DNA of 24,844 bases from a virus (taxonomy: Duplodnaviria > Caudoviricetes): positions 1 through 24,844 of the IMG/VR virus record IMGVR_UViG_3300046369_000448; one strand, 5' to 3'. The notes beneath the pieces are model-generated. The model was given only the letters and a program-made list of their open reading frames with translations. It had not been told where the DNA came from and ran no database searches. This document shows, in pieces, positions 1-7,287 of this stretch (position 1 is its first letter; each line of letters begins with the position of its first letter). The position numbers were made by a program, and so were the translations under genes.

Positions 1-153
1 TTCGTAGTGATCAGGGACATCTTCATCCATCTGTCGTTGGACTTCGTCCCATACATCTGCTTGAGCCACGCCATGTTTGCGAATGAATACCTCTCGGCTG
101 CACCACACGGCGTCTTCTTGCATTTCCAAAACCCAGTTGCCAATCTTGCTCAT
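1..153 (-). CDS. Phage hypothetical protein, runs off the left edge (MSKIGNWVLEMQEDAVWCSREVFIRKHG...)
   Basis: Read by hand: ATG at 153, 2 nt after the stop of 155..445, with GGAG upstream; open to position 1. Not in the ORF track. Confidence 0.75.
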   Translation of the reverse strand, partial: MSKIGNWVLEMQEDAVWCSREVFIRKHGVAQADVWDEVQRQMDEDVPDHYE

Positions 154-154
154 C

Positions 155-445
155 TTATACTCCAATCGCCAAAGGGGTTACCATTGACGCTGTGACTTTC
201 CAGCGTGTTCTAGATTGACTGTCTTCGACTACCAATGTCTTGGTGTTGACTTTGATCACTTTGCCTGTGACAGTTTGACCTCCACGGCCGTTAAATGAAA
301 CAACATCACCTACTCGTACCTTACGAGTGACCGAACGTGCAAGAGCTGTTCGTTTGAGTTTGATCGCTTCGATTGCTTCGTTCAGCTCATCGTTTGACTG
401 TAGGTTGTAAATTGCTTCAACGGCTTTTGTTACGGTGTTTGACAT
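155..445 (-). CDS. Early hypothetical protein, C-terminal SH3/KOW-like barrel
   Basis: GAGGAG RBS behind promoter repeat 1; pattern VRVGDVVSF...VTGKVIKVNTKTLVV. Confidence 0.75.
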   Translation of the reverse strand: MSNTVTKAVEAIYNLQSNDELNEAIEAIKLKRTALARSVTRKVRVGDVVSFNGRGGQTVTGKVIKVNTKTLVVEDSQSRTRWKVTASMVTPLAIGV

Positions 446-461
446 TTTAATGCTCCTCTAA

Positions 462-515
462 TGTCTATCTACTCTACTATAATAACATCTATTCCTAGAG
501 TGTCAACTGAAATGG
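462..515 (-). promoter_or_regulatory. Early promoter repeat 1
   Basis: Minus strand TTGACA (501-506), 16 nt, TATTAT (479-484) with extended TG; conserved leader leading to the RBS. Confidence 0.85.
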
Positions 516-1013
516 TTAGACCGCTTCCTCTTCTTCTTCCTCTTCATACCCTTCCAGCTGTTCGTCTAGTGCGAACTCATCTACAAGGTATTCGGGGATA
601 TTGTCTCGGATGTTCTTGCTGGTGAACTCATCATACTCATAGTGATCATCAGCGCCTTCGGAGTCCCAACAGCCTACGAAGCACATGCCTGACTCTTCAT
701 ACATCAATTGAATATAGCATGAGTCCCAGTCATCTGCAAGAGCTTGGAAAGCGTCAATAGGTGGCGACCAAGCTGATTGGAACCATCCTTCAATGGTCGA
801 AGTGCCATCGCCGTTGTCTGTATATTCAAGACCCTCTGTGCTTACATCCCATTTGGTTCCCCATGCTTCAACAGCCGTGCCAAAGTCCCATTCACCTATG
901 GGCTTGATTGCTTCCAGCAAGCCTTCACCATCTGATTCAATGACCTCTTTGAGTTCTACCAATGTATCAGTTGAACCAGTGATGATTAAATTGTTTGAGC
1001 ACCAATTAGGCAT
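516..1013 (-). CDS. YubB/DUF1281-like ferredoxin-fold protein
   Basis: MPNWC start, WGTKW and FQSAWSPP motifs, acidic tail. Confidence 0.8.
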   Translation of the reverse strand: MPNWCSNNLIITGSTDTLVELKEVIESDGEGLLEAIKPIGEWDFGTAVEAWGTKWDVSTEGLEYTDNGDGTSTIEGWFQSAWSPPIDAFQALADDWDSCYIQLMYEESGMCFVGCWDSEGADDHYEYDEFTSKNIRDNIPEYLVDEFALDEQLEGYEEEEEEEAV

Positions 1014-1183
1014 TATACATTCTCCTCAGTTGAAAAATCGAAACGATCAGGATATTCATTTGCACGAAGCATATCTTTGACATCGTCCATGTTCATATAC
1101 TTGAGCGCCGCGACCAACATCTGCTGGGCGTCAAAGCCGTTGTCTTCTACCAATTCTATTGCGTAATCTCTGTAGTCAATCAT
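1013..1183 (-). CDS. 56-aa hypothetical protein (MIDYRDYAIELVEDNGFDAQQMLVAALKYMNMDDVKDML...)
   Basis: Hand-translated; AGAGGG RBS behind repeat 2; TAATG overlap with 516..1013. Confidence 0.8.
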   Translation of the reverse strand: MIDYRDYAIELVEDNGFDAQQMLVAALKYMNMDDVKDMLRANEYPDRFDFSTEENV

Positions 1184-1190
1184 GTCATTG

Positions 1191-1255
1191 CCCTCTGTTT
1201 GCTTAACTTACTCTACTATAATAACACCTTTGCCTTAGATGTCAACCTCTTTTGG
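1191..1255 (-). promoter_or_regulatory. Early promoter repeat 2
   Basis: TTGACA (1240-1245), 16 nt, TATTAT (1218-1223), then AGAGGG RBS. Confidence 0.85.
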
Positions 1256-1723
1256 TTAAGACGCTGTGTCTTTCTCTAGAACAGTTTCAACAAAATCAAA
1301 GATAGGATAACCTGCTTGGTCGTTGTTGCCTACACGATTGACCAACCACTGCTCGCCGTTCCAGACATAGGCATATTCTTCGCCACAAGTCTCGACCATG
1401 TCTTGCAAGTCATCAAATGTCATAGGAGCAACCCGAGCCCAATCCTCACCACGGTCTCGATTATAGGCAAGAGTCCAATTTGGTGTTAGTGCAAGTTCTG
1501 GCTCGTCGTAGTTGCGATCGAAAGGATGTTTTTGTCCAATTTCTTCGCGGAGCGATGAAATCGATCCTAAGTCGATCAACGATTGGATCTTTGCTTGATC
1601 TGTATAATTTTCGTTGAGCATTGCACCATTATAGGAAGGGTAACCATCCCAGTGACAATAGATTGTCCGGAATTTACCTTCTTCTGTTTTCATTGCGATT
1701 GTTGAACGAGTTGCCATTTGCAT
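1256..1723 (-). CDS. Conserved phage hypothetical protein (YCHWDGYP type)
   Basis: ATRSTI..IYCHWDGYP..G motif, YNRDRGE, EEYAYVW; may start at 1717. Confidence 0.85.
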   Translation of the reverse strand: MQMATRSTIAMKTEEGKFRTIYCHWDGYPSYNGAMLNENYTDQAKIQSLIDLGSISSLREEIGQKHPFDRNYDEPELALTPNWTLAYNRDRGEDWARVAPMTFDDLQDMVETCGEEYAYVWNGEQWLVNRVGNNDQAGYPIFDFVETVLEKDTAS

Positions 1724-1725
1724 AT

Positions 1726-1791
1726 TCCCTCTGCAAGTTTCTATCTACTCATACATAATAACACCTTTGCCTTAGATGTCAACCTCTTTTG
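1726..1791 (-). promoter_or_regulatory. Early promoter repeat 3
   Basis: TTGACA (1777-1782), 16 nt, TATTAT (1755-1760); 1755-1791 is identical to 1218-1254. Confidence 0.85.
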
Positions 1792-2074
1792 AGAAGGTTT
1801 CTAGGAATTTTAATTTGGCCATAATCCCTGACACATCTTCGGGCAAAAGACCAGGAATGACGTCATCTGTAGTGTCGTCCTCATCCTCTGGTATCCCGTG
1901 GATGCCTGGAAGTTGGACAAAATCGTCACCTTCGAAGATCGCGACTTCATAGAGTGTCTTCCGTTCTTCTAGTATCACGCTGAGTTCATACCGTCCGAAC
2001 TGTTGGACTGCCTGGAAGTGGTTCGGCCTTACTTCTCTAAATACAAGATCCTTAAATGACATTAGAATACTCAT
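1772..2074 (-). CDS. Hypothetical acidic early protein
   Basis: In-operon ORF; its 3' end lies inside promoter repeat 3. Confidence 0.7.
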   Translation of the reverse strand: MSILMSFKDLVFREVRPNHFQAVQQFGRYELSVILEERKTLYEVAIFEGDDFVQLPGIHGIPEDEDDTTDDVIPGLLPEDVSGIMAKLKFLETFSKEVDI

Positions 2075-2339
2075 TATGTTTTTTGGTGTACCATTTCTCT
2101 TTTACAGGCAAACCAAACTCGTCTTCGTCTACGCAGACAACCACACGAGTCTTCATCACCTGAGCATAACGATAGCCTCGATCGCCACATATGCCTTCGC
2201 CACCAACCCATACCTTGTGTGGGAAGTCTTCATTCAATCCATTAAGTGGATCGTCATTCAAAGAATATTCAAACCAATTGCCTGTGTCTTTCTCTTGGAA
2301 AGCACCAATTGGATCTTTGGTGTAGGTGTAGTATGCCAT
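2052..2339 (-). CDS. Hypothetical early protein
   Basis: GGGAGAGG RBS, in-operon. Confidence 0.75.
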   Translation of the reverse strand: MAYYTYTKDPIGAFQEKDTGNWFEYSLNDDPLNGLNEDFPHKVWVGGEGICGDRGYRYAQVMKTRVVVCVDEDEFGLPVKEKWYTKKHNEYSNVI

Positions 2340-2456
2340 CTAGCCTCTCCCTTTGAGCAGAGCGTGGATCAATTTTGCTTCTTTGCCTTTGATGCGAGGA
2401 TCTTTCTTAATCTCTTGCTCAACGGCTTTCTCATTGTATTTAGGATCCTGTGACAA
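2340..2456 (-). CDS. 38-aa basic peptide (MSQDPKYNEKAVEQEIKKDPRIKGKEAKLIHALLKGRG), TTG start
   Basis: Hand-translated; GAAGGAG RBS; stop abuts the next ATG and fills the gap. Confidence 0.6.
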   Translation of the reverse strand: MSQDPKYNEKAVEQEIKKDPRIKGKEAKLIHALLKGRG

Positions 2457-2814
2457 GGTCAAAAACTCCTTCACCTATCGCTTCTAAGTCTTCGATGAAA
2501 ATATGGTGATCTGGATCACCGTCGCTGTTCTTAGCATTGCGAATGGCAGCATCACATGCCTGCCAAATGTCTGCCCAGCGTTTACCAATAACTTGGACTT
2601 CTGTATTATAGCCCCAAGCCTCGCAACGATTGCGAATTGTCATTGGTAATTTGAATGGATGCTCGTTCTCCATTCGAATGCCGTCTTCTAGCATTGACCA
2701 AACAGTTCTAAAACCACAGGAATCGCCATAGGCACTGAAGTAATCCATTTCGTCAATGAGAGCCTCATGAGCCAATGTTTCAGCGTCTACGTCTTCAAAC
2801 CAAATATTTTGCAT
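2440..2814 (-). CDS. Hypothetical early protein
   Basis: ATG at 2814 follows GGAGGG RBS behind repeat 4. Confidence 0.75.
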   Translation of the reverse strand: MQNIWFEDVDAETLAHEALIDEMDYFSAYGDSCGFRTVWSMLEDGIRMENEHPFKLPMTIRNRCEAWGYNTEVQVIGKRWADIWQACDAAIRNAKNSDGDPDHHIFIEDLEAIGEGVFDLVTGS

Positions 2815-2816
2815 GG

Positions 2817-2885
2817 AGCCCTCCAATTGCGTTTCTATTACTTATATATAATAACACCTTTGCCGTAGATGTCAACCACTTTTGG
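2817..2885 (-). promoter_or_regulatory. Early promoter repeat 4
   Basis: TTGACA (2870-2875), 16 nt, TATTAT (2848-2853); two mismatches to the repeat 2/3 core. Confidence 0.85.
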
Positions 2886-2889
2886 TAAC

Positions 2890-3021
2890 TTAATTCAACA
2901 TCCTCATACAGGTCAAGATAGAATTTTCTCCTAGGCAGTCGTTCCATTGATGAACGATAAGAGCAATCGCAAAACCGATAAGGACAATGCCTAGGCCGAG
3001 CTGAACAACGAGTTTTGTCAT
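2890..3021 (-). CDS. 43-aa single-TM peptide (MTKLVVQLGLGIVLIGFAIALIVHQWNDCLGENSILTCMRMLN)
   Basis: Hand-translated; ATGA overlap with 3018..3404. Confidence 0.7.
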   Translation of the reverse strand: MTKLVVQLGLGIVLIGFAIALIVHQWNDCLGENSILTCMRMLN

Positions 3022-3404
3022 ATTAAGAAGTCTTCCTTCAATCGATCTAACATTCGAAGAGCTTCTGTACGAGCTTGATCAATAGCTTCGTCAACCATGT
3101 CGTCTATATGACCCTCGCCATCGTTCTTTAGCCACGTCTCGGGTGACTCGCTTACAATAGATCCTAGATATGTTTCACCCATTACCTTGTCGTCATATTT
3201 GACTTGGACTCTGCAGATCATGTGCTGCCAAACGCCTGACTCTAGATTCTCAATCAATTCAGGGTAGTAATCTGCGTCTGTATCAAACAACAGATCCAAT
3301 TGGGTGTCATCAGGTGCGAACCCAATCTCTACAATGAACTGATCCTTGTCGAACTGTTCTTCGACAATAAAATTATTATTCTTTTCAAAAAAGGTATGTG
3401 TCAT
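3018..3404 (-). CDS. Hypothetical acidic early protein
   Basis: TAATG coupling to the upstream ORF. Confidence 0.75.
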   Translation of the reverse strand: MTHTFFEKNNNFIVEEQFDKDQFIVEIGFAPDDTQLDLLFDTDADYYPELIENLESGVWQHMICRVQVKYDDKVMGETYLGSIVSESPETWLKNDGEGHIDDMVDEAIDQARTEALRMLDRLKEDFLI

Positions 3405-3697
3405 TATACTAGTTCCTCTTCGGTAAAGTTCGCATCATCATCGCTGAAGTCTTCTACAAACTCTTCTACTTCACGGCCTTCTGCGAACAGCATCAACTCT
3501 GTTGCCAACATTCGTGCTTGATGCCGTGTCAATTGCAATGAGTTGAAGAACTGGTCGCTTACATCTTTTGACTGACCTTTGGGTTTACGCTGAGTGACCT
3601 GTATGCAAGTCATTCTGTTCTCACCACCCCAGAAGCGAGTCTGAGTCAATTCGTTTTGGAATGTGCAGTCTGGTACGTTTCTAAGTTCTGTGGACAT
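3404..3697 (-). CDS. Hypothetical early protein
   Basis: AGAGGGG RBS behind repeat 5. Confidence 0.75.
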   Translation of the reverse strand: MSTELRNVPDCTFQNELTQTRFWGGENRMTCIQVTQRKPKGQSKDVSDQFFNSLQLTRHQARMLATELMLFAEGREVEEFVEDFSDDDANFTEEELV

Positions 3698-3704
3698 TGT
3701 CTAA

Positions 3705-3768
3705 CCCCTCTAGTGTCTGCCTACTCATACATAATAACATCTCTCAAGTAGATGTCAACCTCTTTTGG
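3705..3768 (-). promoter_or_regulatory. Early promoter repeat 5
   Basis: TTGACA (3753-3758), 16 nt, TATTAT (3731-3736); internal dyad TGACATCT-N7-AGATGTTA. Confidence 0.85.
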
Positions 3769-3770
3769 TG

Positions 3771-4346
3771 TTATTGCGTTTCTAAAAGACCGTATCCGAG
3801 CTTGGTCATCAACGTGTCTGCTAGGTTAGGATAACGAGTGACAATGTCCTCGACGAACTTATCTTGTTCTTTTGCGTTCATACGAGCCACGCTCTCTGCG
3901 GCGTCACTGATCGTTGCCTGCTTAGGTAGTTTAACTGCCTTAGGCTTACGAGCGACCTTCTTAGGCTTAGGCTTAGAGCAAGTATAAGAGTCGCTCCAGC
4001 TACCTACTGAAATACTATAGTAGAAGGCAGTGTGGAAATAATCTGTCATTGAATCTGAATCATCAAACCACGCACGACCCCCTGGAACTGAAGCTGGCGC
4101 AGTGTGGATGATCTCTAGCATTTTTTCGAACATCTTTTGATGACGTCCTGTGCGATTCAAATGGTATTGATTGATTTGAGCGTGTCCTCGCTCATCTGTA
4201 ATGTCACTGAAGTCTACAGTGCCTGCCTTAATAATAATGTCTACGGATGAATGATGTTGCTTGCGAACGCCGAACTTTAACTGTGGAAAAGCCTCTTTTA
4301 ATTGCTGACGAATTGCACGAACCTCTGGAGTGGAAATATAAGCCAT
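3771..4346 (-). CDS. LPD29-like (large polyvalent protein-associated domain) protein with K/P-rich linker
   Basis: IRQQLKEAFPQLKFGVR and FDDSDSMTDYF motifs. Confidence 0.7.
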   Translation of the reverse strand: MAYISTPEVRAIRQQLKEAFPQLKFGVRKQHHSSVDIIIKAGTVDFSDITDERGHAQINQYHLNRTGRHQKMFEKMLEIIHTAPASVPGGRAWFDDSDSMTDYFHTAFYYSISVGSWSDSYTCSKPKPKKVARKPKAVKLPKQATISDAAESVARMNAKEQDKFVEDIVTRYPNLADTLMTKLGYGLLETQ

Positions 4347-4352
4347 TTTGTA

Positions 4353-4421
4353 ACCCTCTGTCTTTGTTTCTACTTACTCATACATAATAACATCTATCGC
4401 TAGGATGTCAACCTTTTTTGG
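4353..4421 (-). promoter_or_regulatory. Early promoter repeat 6
   Basis: TTGACA (4406-4411), 16 nt, TATTAT (4384-4389), AGAGGG RBS; the upstream TGA stop lies within the -35. Confidence 0.85.
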
Positions 4422-4596
4422 CAGGTTTCTTTGGTGGAGTTGCCTTTTTCTTCCTGCCCCTGCCCCACATGGTCATTGTCGCCATTAGTTCAGGATCTGT
4501 TTCTGTCATTGGTGGACAGACAGTAATTTCATTTCCTTTAGCAAGCCATTCGTCAATAAGGCTCTGTTCAGATGATGTCGTTGGTTCTTTAGGCAT
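4408..4596 (-). CDS. Small hypothetical protein (IDEWLAKGNEITVCPP) with basic tail
   Basis: TAATG coupling to the upstream ORF. Confidence 0.75.
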   Translation of the reverse strand: MPKEPTTSSEQSLIDEWLAKGNEITVCPPMTETDPELMATMTMWGRGRKKKATPPKKPAKKG

Positions 4597-4808
4597 TAAT
4601 CAATTTCCTCAATGGTTATCATATAATTTTTTCCGTTGATGTCAGTCACGCCCATTGTCTTTTTTGTAGACATAAAATAACCTTTGGTTGGGTGCAGGTC
4701 CATGTTGACTGGACCTGTCGCTTTCATCATTGTATCGTTGTCGCTAATCTCGCGATCTAAGAGTGTTTTCACACGACTTGCAATGTAATCACAATATACC
4801 AACATCAC
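4596..4808 (-). CDS. Hypothetical protein
   Basis: Overlaps both neighbours in-operon. Confidence 0.7.
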   Translation of the reverse strand: MMLVYCDYIASRVKTLLDREISDNDTMMKATGPVNMDLHPTKGYFMSTKKTMGVTDINGKNYMITIEEID

Positions 4809-5161
4809 ATGCTCCAGTAGGCTTCTGACCTAGGTGACATGTAATTCGGAACGTTCACACCTTCAACAAGTGGCGAGTCCTTATCCTCATCAAAGATGCT
4901 ATATGTAGTCCGCTTCTTTTCAATTGTTTTGTGGAAGTATCCTGCTTCTGCTATAGCATAACGGAACTGAGGATTGTTATCCTGACACTCAGCTGAACCT
5001 GGATAGTTCAAATCCTCCTGCCACCATTTGGTCCAGCGTGTGAGTGCTGCCTTGGCAGCTGCCATAGTCTTATAGCTCTTTCTATGATCTGGACGAACTT
5101 CACGTCGTACAGTGTAAGGACCCATTATTAAAGTAGATGATTTTTCGTAGATGTAAAACAT
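4805..5161 (-). CDS. Hypothetical protein ending SPRSEAYWSM
   Basis: GGAGG RBS, TAATG coupling. Confidence 0.75.
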   Translation of the reverse strand: MFYIYEKSSTLIMGPYTVRREVRPDHRKSYKTMAAAKAALTRWTKWWQEDLNYPGSAECQDNNPQFRYAIAEAGYFHKTIEKKRTTYSIFDEDKDSPLVEGVNVPNYMSPRSEAYWSM

Positions 5162-5436
5162 TATATCGCCTCCGGATAGTATTCGCCTAAGTAATTTTCT
5201 ACGCTAGGATCTAGCTTCAACAGCTCTGCTGCCACTTTATTTAGATTCCGCAATTTCTTCATTGCCTGCGCCTGTGATATTTCGCCATCGCAATGTAAAT
5301 TCTCTGGAGACAAGTCACTGTCAATCCGTTGTGCGATTTGGATACGGTCCATATCGTTTGATAAGTCTAAAGCACGGCTGCCGAATATTGCACTCCAGCC
5401 GTTGATTTGTTCTACATATGTTTTTAGATTTTTCAT
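5161..5436 (-). CDS. Conserved phage hypothetical protein (LSPENLHCDGE motif)
   Basis: Start moved to ATG 5436 behind AGAGGG RBS and repeat 7. Confidence 0.75.
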   Translation of the reverse strand: MKNLKTYVEQINGWSAIFGSRALDLSNDMDRIQIAQRIDSDLSPENLHCDGEISQAQAMKKLRNLNKVAAELLKLDPSVENYLGEYYPEAI

Positions 5437-5440
5437 GTTG

Positions 5441-5507
5441 CCCTCTGTTTTATTTAATCTACTTATATAGTATAGTCTCACTCGTCACATAAGTCAACCT
5501 TTTTTGG
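5441..5507 (-). promoter_or_regulatory. Early promoter repeat 7 (divergent copy)
   Basis: CCAAAAAAGGTTGACT (-35 at 5492-5497), 17 nt, TATACT (5469-5474), AGAGGG RBS. Confidence 0.75.
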
Positions 5508-5639
5508 ATGCTTAATTCGATGATTCTTAATTTTATTTTTGATTGACTTTGGTCTAAATGCCCCGTTGGGATCTCGAACCTGTTCTGCAAGCCAGTTTCT
5601 AGGTTTAGGTGCTTGGGGACGTCTTACGTTCTTTGCCAT
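5478..5639 (-). CDS. Small very basic protein (MAKNVRRPQAPKPRNWLAEQV...)
   Basis: ATG 5639 behind GGAGA RBS and repeat 8. Confidence 0.7.
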   Translation of the reverse strand: MAKNVRRPQAPKPRNWLAEQVRDPNGAFRPKSIKNKIKNHRIKHPKKVDLCDE

Positions 5640-5645
5640 GTCGAT

Positions 5646-5702
5646 TCTCCGTTGCCTATGCTTTATTATAACATCGTCTTTTCTAGTGTCAACCTTTTTT
5701 GG
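5646..5702 (-). promoter_or_regulatory. Early promoter repeat 8, back-to-back with a plus-strand late motif (TAAATA 5708-5713)
   Basis: TTGACA (5687-5692), 16 nt, TATAAT (5665-5670) with extended TG. Confidence 0.85.
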
Positions 5703-5752
5703 TAAAATAAATAGTATGATGACTTCGGTCACTCACCTAAAGGAGAATTCCA

Positions 5753-5965
5753 ATGACATTGAGAAATATCAGCCTAAACCTAGAATTAGGCCAAACTATT
5801 CTGGTGGGCCAAAAGAATGAGCCAGCCACTATCACAAAGATAGAATTTCATGAGAAAACAGGAGAAGTGAATATAAACACGACCAAAGGCCCTCGTAAGG
5901 CCTTGACTTTTAGACTGAGTGAAGGCAATACTGCCTTAGAAAACCCTGCAGACAAGTATAGGTGA
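5753..5965 (+). CDS. Hypothetical protein
   Basis: AAGGAG RBS; upstream TAAATA and a TGAC-TTCG-GTCA hairpin (5720-5731). Confidence 0.75.
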   Translation: MTLRNISLNLELGQTILVGQKNEPATITKIEFHEKTGEVNINTTKGPRKALTFRLSEGNTALENPADKYR

Positions 5966-5975
5966 TAAATACAAT

Positions 5976-6221
5976 ATGAAGGTAGACGATATATTATTAA
6001 CAGAATCAGATGTAGAGGAATGGCAAGCGTCAAAAGAACTCTGCCGTAGTTCTAAACCAAATTCAGCTTTAGGTGCATCAGCTTTGGCTTCTTGCAAAAG
6101 TCAAGGCATGAGAACACGTTCTGGAAAGAAATCACACAAGGTTGGCAAAAAGAGAATTACGGTAGGTGGTAAAAAAATCAAGGGTAAAGCCCATGGCGGA
6201 CCACTACCAGCCTATGACTAA
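5976..6221 (+). CDS. Basic two-Cys protein, putative internal head protein
   Basis: TAAATA 4 nt before the ATG; N-terminus MKVDDILLTE; K/R/G-rich body. Confidence 0.7.
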   Translation: MKVDDILLTESDVEEWQASKELCRSSKPNSALGASALASCKSQGMRTRSGKKSHKVGKKRITVGGKKIKGKAHGGPLPAYD

Positions 6222-6777
6222 TACACTAGGTCGCAAAGGCCAAATTCTTGTCGCTCATCCAAATCTAAGAGATAGAATGTTCACAAGGTCAGTGGTACTT
6301 ATCGTTGAGGATAGCGAATCAGGTACCATTGGCTTAGTGGTAAACAAACCTTCAGACTTCTCGGTTAATAAGTTCTTTGCACTAAAAGGCCATGAGACTA
6401 ATTACAGTCCTAAGGATATGGTACGGTGTGCAGGCCCAGTAAACCCACAAGCTATTACGATGATACATGATGATGACTGGTATAGCTCGAATACCTATGT
6501 GCTACAGCGGGGCCTAGCAGTCAGTAGTGATGAGTTCATGCTCGAAAAAATGATGACAGGAAACGAGCCAAGATATTGGCGGATGTACACTGGCATGGCT
6601 GGATGGGCTCCAGGTCAATTGGATGCAGAAATAAATGGTACATTTCCTTATCAAAGTTACAATGGATGGTTGACATATCCAGGTGACCGTGCTACAATAT
6701 TTAGATACGATGAGGAGCAACAATGGGAAAAAGCATTAGAACAATGCACGATGCAAGCAATAGACAGCTGGTTCTAA
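6214..6777 (+). CDS. YqgE/AlgH (DUF179) family protein
   Basis: GQILVAHP..D.MF.RSVVLI..GTIGLVVNKP, GPV and G.AGWAPGQLDAEI motifs; start uncertain. Confidence 0.85.
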   Translation: MTNTLGRKGQILVAHPNLRDRMFTRSVVLIVEDSESGTIGLVVNKPSDFSVNKFFALKGHETNYSPKDMVRCAGPVNPQAITMIHDDDWYSSNTYVLQRGLAVSSDEFMLEKMMTGNEPRYWRMYTGMAGWAPGQLDAEINGTFPYQSYNGWLTYPGDRATIFRYDEEQQWEKALEQCTMQAIDSWF

Positions 6778-6893
6778 AAACCATGCAAATGGAATTAAAG
6801 AAGATGAAGGAACATTCAAAGGAATGGCATAGACTTACTATGCAGATAAATGAAATGGTAGCTGAAAACTACCTAAGGTATATTACCAAATAA
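6723..6893 (+). CDS. 56-aa hypothetical protein (MGKSIRTMHDASNRQLVLKTMQMELKK...)
   Basis: Hand-translated; GAGGAG RBS; fills the gap before 6907. Confidence 0.55.
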   Translation: MGKSIRTMHDASNRQLVLKTMQMELKKMKEHSKEWHRLTMQINEMVAENYLRYITK

Positions 6894-6906
6894 CTCGGAG
6901 AGAAAA

Positions 6907-7287
6907 ATGATTAATAGGTTTATCACAATTTTGCTCTTAGTGATAGGCCTAACAGCGGGGCCTGCACTACTAGCACAAGAGCAACAACCACCACAGCAAA
7001 AAGGCAAGCAATTTTTCACAGTACAATCCTGTGACGATCCTTTTACAATGACTGACCTTATTATTAACAAATATGGTGAACAACCTTTGTTTAGAGGACA
7101 GGGTTTACAGTTTCATCGTAATGGCCAGGCGTTTGCAAGTGACATGATGTATTTCGTTAACCAAGACTCAGGTACATGGAGTTTGATTTCATTGTATCCA
7201 GATGGAACAGCTTGTATGGTAGCAAACGGAAGAAACTTTGCACCATATAGCGGACCTACCATACCAACTAAGAAGGATGGAACATGA
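6907..7287 (+). CDS. Exported hypothetical protein with signal peptide and two Cys
   Basis: GGAGAG RBS; hydrophobic N-terminus ending ALLA-Q. Confidence 0.75.
   Translation: MINRFITILLLVIGLTAGPALLAQEQQPPQQKGKQFFTVQSCDDPFTMTDLIINKYGEQPLFRGQGLQFHRNGQAFASDMMYFVNQDSGTWSLISLYPDGTACMVANGRNFAPYSGPTIPTKKDGT

Noticed and set aside
462-5702. Repeats read as a CRISPR array or integron attC sites
   Set aside because: The intervening segments are whole genes of very unequal length, the repeats match a sigma70 promoter, they lack attC R-box structure, and no cas or integrase gene is in the window.
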